Origin: Marsupella aquatica
Taxonomy: Eukaryota > Plantae > Marchantiophyta
Assembly: GCA_973895155.1 (NCBI GenBank)
Contig: OZ316891.1
Span: 25,605,899-25,669,898 of the forward strand
Reading direction: 5' to 3'
DNA: 64,000 nucleotides
Positions 10,000 to 21,470 of this stretch are shown here, piece after piece (within the stretch, counting starts at the first letter, position 1; every line of letters starts with the position of its first letter). The notes beneath the pieces are model-generated. The model worked only from the letters and a program-made list of their open reading frames with translations, made no database searches and was not told the DNA's origin. Position numbers and translations under genes: made by a program.

Positions 10000-12900
10000 A
10001 GAAACTGGATCGACGTGACATCCAAAAGGTTAGCGCGCACCATCTGCACCCGGAAGTGTTGTCTCATCTTTGGTCCCAACAATTTTATAGACACCATCTC
10101 AGATTCCTTCAACTTTGTTAGGTGGGCCTTCTCTATCATCTAGGGGTGCTGTGAAAGAAAAGAAAAACAATTCAACAGATATCACCACAGCTTTGCAACG
10201 GGAAGAGACACTTATGGTTCGTGAAGAAGTGTCTCGGTTGATGGAGACCAAGAGCGTTCAGAAGACAACTGTTATTCTGAAAACAACTAACCTGCTTCTT
10301 GTTGACGATATTGACGACAAGAACTCAACATTGGTTTGAACAGTAGATCGGTTGCATGTGGAGAACATCAAGACTTTGATGAAAATGAATCCAACAAATT
10401 TCACCACGCCATTTGTCTTGTTTGTGATCCCCGAAGACTGCCCGATAGTGACAGACTGGGACCCAAAAAAGGCAACGAGCTGGAGATATCAAGTGATTGG
10501 AGGTAATCACGGTGCTCGAGCTAAGAGAGAATTGTATCAGGCTTATGGGAGAGAGATCTTCAATGAACTCCAAGCTTGGGTGTATGCTGGTCTCACAAGG
10601 GAGGACATTCAGAAACTTAGCATCCAACATAATATTGATCAGTAGTACAGGAAAAAAATGAACAACATTGATCAAATCCGAACAATGCATAAGATTTTCC
10701 TTGCCAGAGGTATGGCAAAAACCAAGGAGACTAGAGAAGCGTGTGCGATGGAGGTTTGCCTCGACGGGTTTTTTCCGGGGGACGCCACAAGCCTAAAGAA
10801 GCATGAACCTCTCTTCCAAATTGCGTTTAGGTCGGGTAAGGTCTAGGAACTCCAAGACCAGATCTTTGAGATGTGGAACAAGTTGGAGATCAAAGGGTAG
10901 AATAAGCAGAAGTCACCGATCAAGAAACTCAAGAAAAAAGGAAAAGTGCAGTTGATTCCAAAAGCTTTGAATAAGCTTGCAGGGGGCCTTACCCTGACAC
11001 CTTGGAGAGCAATCCAAGGAATTGAACACGACTAATTTTTGGAGTCCCTTCTTCTACGAGTGAAGGACCGGATGATCTCTTTGGAGCAGATGGCAAAAGA
11101 AGCCAAGAGTTACAAGAAACTTGTGAAAATCAACACGCTTTTTGTTCAGTTATCAGGGCAGCCAGACTGGGCAACTTGCAAACAAATGTTTCCAAAAGAA
11201 ACAGAATCTGCCGAGCTCGAAAGATGGAGTGGGAAGTTGTCTGATGTGGTATGTTCTCCCCTTCCATTGATTGGACTTTTCTTGGATTCACTTGTGTTTA
11301 TTTGACGTTTGTGATGTTTCAATGAGGTTTTTGCTTGGTCAAATGCAAAGTGGGATACGGCGTATCCCATCTCGGATTCACTTGTGTTTATTTGACGTTT
11401 GTGATGTTTCAATGAGGTTTTTGCTTGGTCGAATGCAAAGTTGGATACGCGATATCCCATCTCAGATTCACTTGTGGTTATTTGACGTTGGTGATGTATC
11501 AATGTGGTTTTTGCTTGGTCGAATGCGAAGTGGGATACGCGGTATCCCATCTCGGATTCCCTTGTGGTTATTTGACGTTGGTGATGTTTCAATGTGGTTT
11601 TGCTTGGTCGAATGCGAAGTGGGATACGCGTATCCCATCTTGGATTCACTTGTGTTTATTTGATGTTGGTGATGTTTCAATGTTGTTTTTGCTTGGTTGA
11701 ATGCGAAGTGGGATACGGGGTATCCCATCATGGATTCAATTGTGGTTATTTGACGTTGGTGATGTTTGAATGGGGTTTTTGCTTGGTTGAATGTGAAGTG
11801 GGATACGGCGTATCCCATGTCGCATTTGTCGTCCAGATTTGATTGTTTGAATGCCCAAATAGTTCTCCCCATTGTCTTTTCTCTGGATTCTTTTAACAAG
11901 TTTGCGTTTGCAGTTGAAAGCTTTTTTGAAGAAGAAGAACAAGGATGCAATTGGTGCCAATGCGGTTGAGAAGCCTTCGGAGGAGCTGACTTTGAGTGTT
12001 ATTCCCCCGGGGTTTAAGAATTATGTTCAAGAAGCGATTGCGAACTACAACCGTCGTCGTGGGATTGAAACAGTTGAAGCAAAGTCGAGTGACCATCGAT
12101 GGCGCTGATAGAAATTTCATCAGATATACATTGCATTGTGGAGATGTTAGGGCGTTGGATAAGTTTGTAGAGAAAAGGAATTACACACTTGCAATTGCAG
12201 ACATTCCCTATGGATTCAATGCGTCTGGCTCCGAAAATGATGAGGTCCCATTTTCAGAGAGTGATATTGTGGATATGGTGAAGTGTTTTGCCAAGGTGAC
12301 AAGTTCAAAGATGTGGAGGTTTGTTGTGATTCACTTTTTGCAGCACACTTGGTCTATGATGAATGCCCTGGGAAAACTTGTAATGCAGGTGTAGAGGCTG
12401 GAATTTGGAAGAAGCCAAATGTACATGCTCATCCTTCGGGGAATCGATTGGCTTGGGCTTTTGAAAACTGGTCAATCGGATATTATCACGAGAGTGGTAT
12501 TAGGACCAGAGACATGTACAATTTTGAACATGATGAGAAAAGGGTAAACATCATAAAAGTCCCTTGTGTTACAAAGAAATGTGTAACACCATTGGGGGAA
12601 ATAGTGAACCCTTACCAGAAGCCGATAGCTCTAGCAGATTGGTTCATTCAACATTTTAGTGAAGCAGGGGATTGGGTTGCTGATTTATGTGCGGGGAGTG
12701 GTTTGACCTCATGCGCTGCCTTGTTAGGGAAACGTCCGGTGACAGCCGTGGAGCTCAGTTCAAGCCAGGTGGATTGTATCCGGACCCGACTTGTCACGCT
12801 GGATGAATCGTGGGACTTGAATGATGAAGCAACAGAGGAGGGTACAAGACCCATGAGCTTCGAGGTTCAACCACCTATTGGTGGTACTACGAGCACCCTG

Positions 12901-13992
12901 ACCACTGGAACTTGCATCATTACAACCGCGGAGGAGAACGACAATGATGAGGATGAAGAGAATGAAGTGGAATATGAAGCTCCGACACTTGATCTTGGCT
13001 CATTCTTTGAGGTGTAGACTTTAGTTTCATTAGTTCTCTCATGTTGTATCTATTGATCCAAACTTGTGAAATATTGAGGAAGATTATGATTGGACTATGT
13101 TCTTATTTCACAAAGTAATGTCTTTGCAGGAACCAAAGGAGGATTTTTTATTGAAACATGTTCTGCATAGATTCTCACACAATCCTTCTAGTGGGTTTCT
13201 TTTGGACAATAAAATATTGAGCCAACTTGAACCCGGTCAATATTTGGGTGATGAAATAATAGAATTTTATCCATAATTAATAACCGAGGAACATGGAGAT
13301 CTGGCTTCCTCAGTAAACACATTATCCTCTTTTTTTTACCCTTGGCTTGTTTCAAGGATTGAAACAGAACCAGCTGAGATCTTGTTGGAATCAATTCAAA
13401 AGATGCGGAATTATTACAAGCCACCATTTTCCCAAATTGAGGTCATTCTCATGCCAATTCACATGAACATGCACTGGAGTCTGGTTGTAATATGTTTGGA
13501 TCGGATTGAATCTTCGATCAAAATGTATCATCTAGACTCTCTTGCCGGTCTACACTCAACCCATGTAATTGGATCAATACTGAGCAGGTATGTATATATT
13601 CTATTACATTTTTTCCATTTTAAATTATTTATGTGGTATATAAATATAAACACTTTGGACTAAGAACTTGAATGATAATTTGCAGATATTTTACAATGGA
13701 ATGGGAATTATTTTTTGGAAAAGTTCCAATGGGAGTTGTGGAGATATACAATCCAATGGTAAGGATTTGAAAAGTTATTTCAACTTTTATTTAGTTCAAT
13801 TATTAAACACTTTGGACTAACTTTAAGATTCTTTCTCAGGTACCTCAACAACCAAACAATTCAGATTGTGGTCTATTTGTTCTTCAAAATATGGACAAAA
13901 TCAGAATTCAATGGCATATTACACAATGCCTTGATGCACAGTCTTTATTTACTGAAAATGGTACAATTGTAAAAGAGCATGTAACCTTATAA
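10000..13992 (+). pseudogene. Spliced ParB/Srx-like + beta-class N6-adenine/N4-cytosine DNA methyltransferase + acidic linker + Ulp1/C48 SUMO-protease fusion
   Basis: ORFs 10115, 10352, 10658 and 11039 share one frame (LV*TVDRLHVENIK..., YQVIGGNHGARA). Intron 11249-11913 is phase 0. MTase motifs LHCGDV, ADIPYG, WKKPN, NPYQKP and DLCAGSGLT..VE (two frameshifts). Phase-0 intron 13012-13129 joins SFFE to EPKE..LEPGQYLGDEIIEFY. Ulp1 motifs HWSLVV, LDSL and QPNNSDCG span introns 13588-13685 and 13759-13839. Confidence 0.8.
11285..11830. repeat. Palindrome array 3: six ~90-bp tandem units inside intron 11249-11913
   Basis: Unit GGATTCACTTGTG.TTATTTGACGTT.GTGATGTTTCAATG.GGTTTTTGCTTGGTCGAATGC.AAGTGGGATACGnnGTATCCCATCTC. 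Confidence 0.95.
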
Positions 13993-14012
13993 AATTCATT
14001 CGAGATCAAATT

Positions 14013-17000
14013 CTAAAATTGATGCATGTACCTGTTTAAGGACATCAATCTCAATCCTCTGAGTGTGCAGAGCCTCTCTAATATAGCAGACTCTATAATT
14101 TTTTTAGTTTTTGCTGCTATTTGATTAGTACTTAAAAACACAAAGTTGTATGTATACACCGCTGTTGATGATAAAAGTAGTTCATCTTGGAGAAGTTGAT
14201 TAGATATATTATCTTTCTCTGGAAAATATTTCCCATCAATAGCAGACTTAGCACTTGCCTCAGTTGTGTACCATGTGATTTTGATCCTCTTAGGAATGTC
14301 TGCAGTTCTTGTCAAAATCTTTGACACCTTTGCCATCCAAAACAACTTGCCTTCTGGATCCTTGTGGGCCGCTACACATATCATGGACCACTTATTGTTA
14401 ACTTCCATATCTCTGAAATCTCCAAATTCAGCTTGCTTTCGTCAAGGTCCGGAGTACATAATTCTCTGTGGTCCAGCAACTTTGTCAACCAAAGTTGGAT
14501 CAACACCTTCTTCAACAAGTTCATTTCTCACCCTTCGAAGTGTTGCACCTTGATTTTGTTGCGGCCAAACCCACTCAAATAACCACTCACCTTCCTCTAG
14601 GTGGTTTTTGATAATATCTTTTTGTTTCTCAAAAAAACTCATCCACCAAAGTTTGTCTTCATTGTCAACGTAATTGAAACCTTCCTAAATAGCTTTTTCA
14701 TATTTCACGAGAGTAGTTAACGCACCATCTATATTGGAAGAATCATGGACATCATCCCTCTCAACACCTTTTGCTGACTTCAGTGACATTTGTGCAGCAA
14801 CCCACATTCTTGAAGTTGGAATGTAATTGACAAACGTCACTGCATCTCCCCAATCCTGGGTTGTGGAAAGATGTTTCCCGTGAAATGTTGTCTCTTTGTT
14901 TCCATCCTCCATGACTCGTTTGAATCTGAATTGTCTTTGAAAAGTTATGAGATTGAGATCTCACAAGACTCTACCTGAGACTCCCTTCTCATTTGGCTGG
15001 TCGGTTTCATCGACAAATTTTCGAAAATTGGCTACTTCATCCACAAATATGATCAAAGCTTCAGGTGAATATGCTCGTCGAATAAATCCTCAAGAGTCTC
15101 CAAGCGAAATGCTTTGTGCTTGTTTAACCTAGATGAAAATTTACTAAACATCTGATCTATCTGGTCATGTGTATGACCGACCAACAAGAAACCCACTTTA
15201 ATCTTGTCAAAAATCTTCAAATCTATTAACATGTGAAGATAAGCCATCAAGAATTTATTCTTGTTTTCCCTAGTGGTATTATCTAATTGAAGATATAACA
15301 CTCTTGGTAATGTCCCATCCCATGTATTCAATACATTTTGAATAACATGTATGGTCAAGTTTGCATCATTATGGATATTGGGATATGTCAAAAATACTTT
15401 TGCTGCAAGGTTCCTGTTGAAGATGAGACAACCTACAACATGTATTGGAATGAAATATTTTTCATCCATATTCTTCGGACAACGAAGAAAATGTGGTAGC
15501 TCTGTTTTCTTTTGATCCATACCATCTATACAAATACCCAAATACTTGTTGGGTTCATCATAGCATTTGTTACGATGTTTGGCTAACTTCATCCTTTCCA
15601 ATGATTGTACTTTTCGATGCTCCATAAGGCATTGATGTACTTTCCTGAAATGATACAATAACAATGAATCAAAAATCAATAACTAAGGATAAACTTTGAC
15701 AAATATTGAAGTACATGTCATCAATTAAAGTTTAAAGGTTGTAGTTAGTGGTGCTTACTTTTATCCTCTTTAGTTGTTGCTTTGTCCCGAAGAGCCTTGA
15801 ATTCAGTACAAGGACCACAAGTAGAAAATCGACTTCTTTTAGGTATTCGTACATTTGGAAACTTTTTTTTCCAAACACGCAAAAAATAAGAATATGTAAC
15901 TTGTTGTTCTTCTCGCAACATTGTTTCAACTTCAAAGATTCCATGTATCTCTTGCTTTGTCCAATTGTTTGGCAAGTGATGAATCTCTTTATGGGGAAGA
16001 CTATCCATATTTTTTTGGAAATTTTTTTCAACCATTCCACCAGGTTTAGAAATGAAGGTGATTTTTCCTTACAAAAGGTATCTCGTTCAATCCTTGTAAA
16101 CATGTTTGCATGGATTGTTGCCAATCTATTATTACCTAAAGAATATAGTTTCTTGAATCCTCCTCTACATATAGGTTGTCCATTTACACTATATCCACGA
16201 GAAGTACTACTACTGTTCATGATATAACCCCGTAGCAAAATATTTTTCTGCAAGTGTTTAAGATCAAAATAATACTTACGTTATTTTGAGCATTCCTCTA
16301 GACCTAGAGACCTCAAGCAAAACTTGTCATAACAGGGATACTTAAACATATCTTTAATTTTGCGTTTTTTTAGATTTGCAATGGTAAGTCTATCTTTTCT
16401 AATCATCTGATCTCTGATTTTTTTGCTGGGTCTTGTCACCTCTACTCTATCCTGAATAGTGCCGGGAGAACTTACCCCCCCACTATTTTCTAGTGAATTA
16501 GAATTCAAAACAAAAAGATCTTCTGTAGAGTTGTTTCCACTCTCCACATTTTCTGTAACTGTTTCATGAACAATCTCACATCCCAAGATCTCTTCAACAA
16601 CATTTGAGATTATAGCAATCTCTCTGTCATTTGCAACTGCCTCTGATCTCTCTTCAGAGTCTTTAGAAAATGTAATAGGTGTTCGGAGATTTCTAGTTTG
16701 AAATCTTCTAATGATATTCACATCATCAGTCGTAGTACTGCCCACTTGTCTCTGAGACTGTAATCCCAGCCTAGGTGATTGTTCTCGACTTGAGGGCTCA
16801 TCTTGACCATTGAATAATCTTTGGACAAGTTTCAATTTAGCATGTACCCTTGAATTTTCGGGCCCTCTCTCCGGCAGCTCACTTTGCAACAATCTCCGAG
16901 GAATTTTCTGGACACTAGATCTCTTCCCTCTTTTGTTCTGCACTTGCCGTCCAATGGAAGATCCAAAAACCTCACACTGCATCCTCGCCAAAGGGCTTCG

Positions 17001-17914
17001 AAGCCCCATGTTGTTAGTTTGACCATTTGGTGAAATAACCGATGGGAATACCGATTGGGATCCATAGATCCCAACTCGTATTCGTCCTTCGGGACTTCGA
17101 AGTGAAAACTTTCCCACTTGCTGTTCTGCATCATGACGTGGCAATTTTCTATTGCGCAATACAAACTGGGATCCACGTATCCCATTTCGCATTCCACCAT
17201 TGGAACTCGGGTTGGAAGTCCGCAAGACCGGTGACTCGGGCACAAGATTCTGCAAAATACCACGAGGGAATACTAAGTGGGATCCATGGATCCCACTTCG
17301 TATTTGACCCATGGAATTTGGTACTGAAAGAGACGAAATAGGCAATTCGCGTTCACCGTTTCTCAACATTTGAGTAGGGAATGGATCCCACTTGGTATTT
17401 GACCCACCAAATTTGGCTCCGAGGCTACCCCTCCCTGCAATTCCGGCACATTTGGACTCCTCATTCGCTCAAACTGTGATTGAACACTGGACACAGCTAT
17501 CTTCACTCCCGGAGAACGAGACATTGGAAAAACCAACGGAGATCTTCGGGCGAGCCTACATGGTAACGTTGTTCTTGGCATTAAAAACCGGGGCCTTCGT
17601 CTTCAAAGATCTGTCGGGGTTCACGGAGAACCAGGTGTCTTTGTCGTAGGAACTACATTAGGCTTCTTTACAAGTAGACGTCGTTTAAGAGGTTTACTTG
17701 GAGAGACATAGTATGAAATTGGAGCACCCACAACACTCCTACAAGACTCTGAATCGGACTCTGATTTCTCAGATTTTGAGGAAAATGAAATCTCTGGCAC
17801 TACTCTCTGTGAGGCTGGTAATTCATTCATCAAACAAGATGGAATAAATTTTTGAACAACATCTGGCGAAGATGCATCTGAACTATAAATTGACTCATCA
17901 CTTGAAGACGCCAT
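14013..17914 (-). pseudogene. DDD/E-type transposase (DUF7869/Sola-like) with frameshifts and introns
   Basis: GICIDGMDQKKT, LQLDNTTRENKN and FLLVGHTHDQIDQMFS catalytic-type motifs; upstream Cys motifs (PC..KFCL, PICRGGFKKLY, FSTCGPC). Serine-rich N-terminus from ATG 17914, with TATAAAA at ~18070. The superfamily name is uncertain. Confidence 0.8.
17040..17410. repeat. Four ~110-bp-spaced variants of the palindrome (GGGATCCnnnGATCCC type) within the transposase 5' ORFs
   Basis: Copies at ~17056, 17168, 17278 and 17380; further variants at ~18268, 18330, 18418 and 18654. Confidence 0.75.
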
Positions 17915-18984
17915 AGATAATCAAACAAGGGTTGTATAGGAGTACGTATTCCTATCCAACAGAGATACTTCAGATTACAGTATCCTATGAAAACAACTAC
18001 TCAATAGTGAACGAACCTCAAAGTAATCGCGAGAAATGAAGATGAAAAACAAATGCGAGCTCTTCCTTTTATAGTTTTTGGGGGCATTGTACACGTGGCA
18101 TTCCCTGATTGGTCCGTACGAGGGTTTTTTCAAGTGAGAGTTTGTCTTTTCCAGGACTGTTGAAATTTAAATTGTAGATTTTTGAGGAAGTCGTCGTGGA
18201 TCCGAGTTGGTCTTCAAACTGGAATATCAAGGTATGCAATGCAAAAACTTCAAAATGTAGAGGTTCATGGATCCCATCTAGTATTCATCCTCCTGTTTTC
18301 CCGATGAGTTTTTGGACTTGCAAAAAAAATGGGATCCATGGATCTTAGTTGGTTTTCATGTCGAAAGATCTCCTGATGCAAAGTTGCAGGTGGAAAACAT
18401 TGAGGTTGAATACGAGAGTGGATACTTGGGTCCCGTCTCGTATTCTCATGGTTATGGGCTAAAAAAATTCCGAACATGTCATCGGGTTAACTTAACTAAC
18501 TGTGTGGGTCAACTATAGTCCACGGTTAGTTTTTCGCAGTTTTCCGGGTTACCGTAGTTAAAAATTCAAATATTTTTAACCCGAGGTTAAATGGAAGCGT
18601 CAAGAGAACGATTTGGTGCGGTTTTTGTCCACGTTCAACAGTTGAATCCGAAATGGGATACGTCGTATCCCATTTTCAGTTTGCCATTTTGAAGGCGAAA
18701 ATGAAATCTTGTGTTTTCTTCATTTTGTTTGACTCTCGAATTTAGCTTTTAGAGGATCACGTGAAAAACATTGTTTTTCTAGGTTTTGGAATTTGCCCTT
18801 TTTTTAGATGAAGTGTATCGGAATTCTGGATTGTAACAATTCTTTGTTTTTGTGTCAACAGTATCTTGATTTGAAATCCGATGTTGGATGCAATTTTGGA
18901 TTCATCCTCAAAATAGCGTTTTTGATCTTAATTTTAGTGATTTTTTGCCGTTTTTGCGAAATCAAAAACACACTTCTCGTTTGG

Positions 18985-19016
18985 TGGTCATACTTCTCAT
19001 TTGGTCCGTCATTGTG
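18985..19016 (-). repeat. Right terminal inverted repeat
   Basis: TGGTCATACTTCTCATTTGGTCCGTCATTGTG, preceded by a second CACTTCTCGTTTGG subterminal copy. Confidence 0.88.
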
Positions 19017-19554
19017 TTTCTATATCTTGTCATTAGAATGAATATTAGTTGGATAGAATATTTGATAGTATGATAATGCCCAGACCAGTACCTGTTCTTC
19101 CTCTCCCTAATCCTTTCCTTATTAGAATTCATGTACTCCAAAAAGAGATCATGCGTCAGCATATGACTTTTCACTTTGGAGAAACATTTGCAACTGCGGT
19201 GTTAAATTCAATAGAGCCGATTGTATACCCTTATGTAGTTTATGGGCAAGATTGGGCTTGCACAATTTTTATCTTGTATTGAGATGGATCTCAACAAACC
19301 TCCCTCCGATGAACCTCCCGTTTCTTTTTCATTGGGAGATATTTGTTTTGTAACTCGACCCAAGGTAGCTGCCAAGAAGGCAATAGTCCGTAGGTATGGA
19401 GAAAAAGGTTATGATGTTGTGCTTTCATCCACAGAACCATTCATTGTGGTGTCTGCTACCCAGTCTAGAATAATAATCATGATCTTAACTTAAGTTCTCT
19501 CTTGACACTAGCAGCCATAGGCCCGGTGCTTCCTCAAGAATCACATTTTCCCCC

Positions 19555-21470
19555 AGACACCGCCATGGCCCACCCCCAGTGTATCTTCCCCTCCCTTTCA
19601 GATGACACCCACATCATTGGTCCTCCTGCCGCGGTTACTTTTGCCCTCGCCACTCTTTCCACCCATTTGATGGGCCTTGGTTTACGAGTTCAGCCTATAA
19701 AGAGTCATGCATGGAGTCCAGCTGGGTTACCCTCTGATCTTGCGCTTCCCCCAGGGTTCTTACGTCCAGCCGCTGGTCTTCGGGTCCTTGGCTCCCCAGT
19801 CGGTACCGCCTCCTTTTGCTCATCTTTCATCGTTGACTCTTTACAGGCTGCCTTAGCCCCTACTCCTATGCTCCCTAAGTTAGCAGATTCTCAGGTAGCA
19901 TTTGGGATGTTGTTGAGGTGCATCCACCCTCGTGCGTCTTATCTGGCTAGGACACATCTCCCTACCGAGGATCTTTGTCTCCACCTTCAAGCATTTGATG
20001 TCTCCATTCGTGAGACTTTGGCCTCTCTTTTAGGGCCGGGTGCGTTGCTCTCATCTTCATGGCTTCATCGATAATTTGGTCTTCCTATTTTGCAGGGTGG
20101 TTTTGGGCTTACTTCCATTGAGAGCCTTGCACCTTTGGCCTTTTTGGGTGCGTGGGCGACGGCCTTCTCATTGTTGGCCGATCGTTTCCTTATTGCGGAT
20201 TGCCCTTTTCTACTTTCATCTCTCATGGAGGTAGAGGAGGGTTCCCTCCCATTTCAGGTTCATTTGCGCGCAGCGCGGTCATCATTACCAGATCCCGTTC
20301 GCATTGCGTTACCTTCTTTTCAGGAGTTTTTATCCTTGGATCCCGTCTATCTTCAGGCAGACCTCGGTGGGCGTATGCAGCTTTCACCCTTTCCAGCATC
20401 CTCTCCGAGGCACCTGATACGGACCGAGCTCAGATTCTTTCTTCCAAAGGGAACGACGCAGGAGGATGACTTCAGGCCAATCCTGTCATTCCTCATTTGC
20501 GGATGTCTTCAACGGAGTTCTCCACAACCATGCATCTTTGTATGGGGCTGCCCTACCCACTTCTTGCAGGTTTACCTCCTTCTTGGACTTGTGGGAAGCC
20601 TTGTGATGCCACAGGTGTCCATCTTCTTTGGTGCAGTTTGGGAGGTGAAACCATTATTGTTCACGATGTTGTGCGAGATGCGACTGCTCAGGTTCTCTCT
20701 GGCTCTTTGGTATGCGTGAGGCGGGAGGTGCTTCTCGAGTTACCTGGTCCTCCATCACAGCGGTTACGGGTGGATCTTACCATGGTCCATGAGGGTCAAC
20801 GTACTTTGGCAGATGTAGTGGTGGCAAACCCATTGCGCCAAGACATCATTGGGACAGCGGCAACAACGGCAGGGGCAGCAGCATCACGTGTGGCAACAAC
20901 GAAGGAGGCCAAATATGCTGCACAAGCTTCATCCGACAACTTCCTCCCCCTTGCTCTGGAGCTATTTGGGCGTCTTCATCCTCAGTTTGATGAGCTTCTT
21001 CGGCAAGCTGCCCGGGATGTTCATGGCCGAATGGGTCCCACCGGACCCCCGCTTTCTGTTTTGACCACGAACTTTTGCCAACGCATTTCAGTCACCTTAC
21101 AGCGTGCTCAAGCTTGGGCCATCTATCGTCGATCTCTTATAGTGGGTGCTAGTGTGCCTCCGCAGCAGCTAGCTCCCCTAAAGGATGTTCCAATCCCACT
21201 TGCCGATCTAGTTTTGACCCTTGATGTGGACCATTAGCTTTTTGCCACATTTGCTAGGAATGATGAGGACCTCGGTCCGTTTGGGTTAGTTTTAGTCTCT
21301 CTTTCTTGGTTTTTAGGGGTTCCCTATTGCTCATTTCTTACTTTTAGTTACTCTTTCTTGGTGTTTAGTGGTTCCCTTTTGCTCACTTCTTTTATGTTTG
21401 GTTTTGTCCACTTGGACCCTCTTTTGTTTGTTCATTTGTACTCTGTCTGGTCCCTTCGTATAGAAAAAGT
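19555..21470 (+). mobile_element. CRE-like non-LTR retrotransposon, 3' part (RT C-terminus, CCHC finger, restriction-like endonuclease), frameshifted
   Basis: PSLSDDTHIIG (YxDD-like), LRVLGSPVG, GGFGL, CGKPCDATGVHLLWC, HDVVRD, RVDL..TLADVVV, KEAKY, FLPLALELFG; T-rich 3' UTR. Confidence 0.85.

Larger units (their letters stand above)
6887..19016. mobile_element. ~12.1-kb TIR DNA transposon (DUF7869/Sola-like transposase) carrying ParB-MTase-Ulp1, F-box-like and Cys-rich cargo genes
   Basis: Left end CACAGTGACGGACCAAACGAGAAGTGTGACCA; reverse complement of right end CACAATGACGGACCAAATGAGAAGTATGACCA (29/32 identical). Internal transposase remnants; a shared palindrome motif is confined between these ends. 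Confidence 0.88.

Noticed and set aside
11285-11830. CRISPR-like appearance (regularly spaced palindromic repeats)
   Set aside because: Spacers within the array are near-identical rather than unique, there are no cas genes, and the context is a eukaryotic intron.
11146-11960. Multiple ORFs containing MGY..SH / WDT.YP / GIR.IP peptides (also at 7660 and 9754-10121)
   Set aside because: Translations of the palindromic repeat arrays.
10000-13017. Bacterial or phage contamination as the source of the ParB-MTase
   Set aside because: The gene has frame-preserving GT-AG introns, is joined to a eukaryotic Ulp1 domain, and sits within TIRs contiguous with plant genes.
19049-19493. Short ORFs just outside the right TIR
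   Set aside because: No recognisable motif and broken frames; cannot be assigned.
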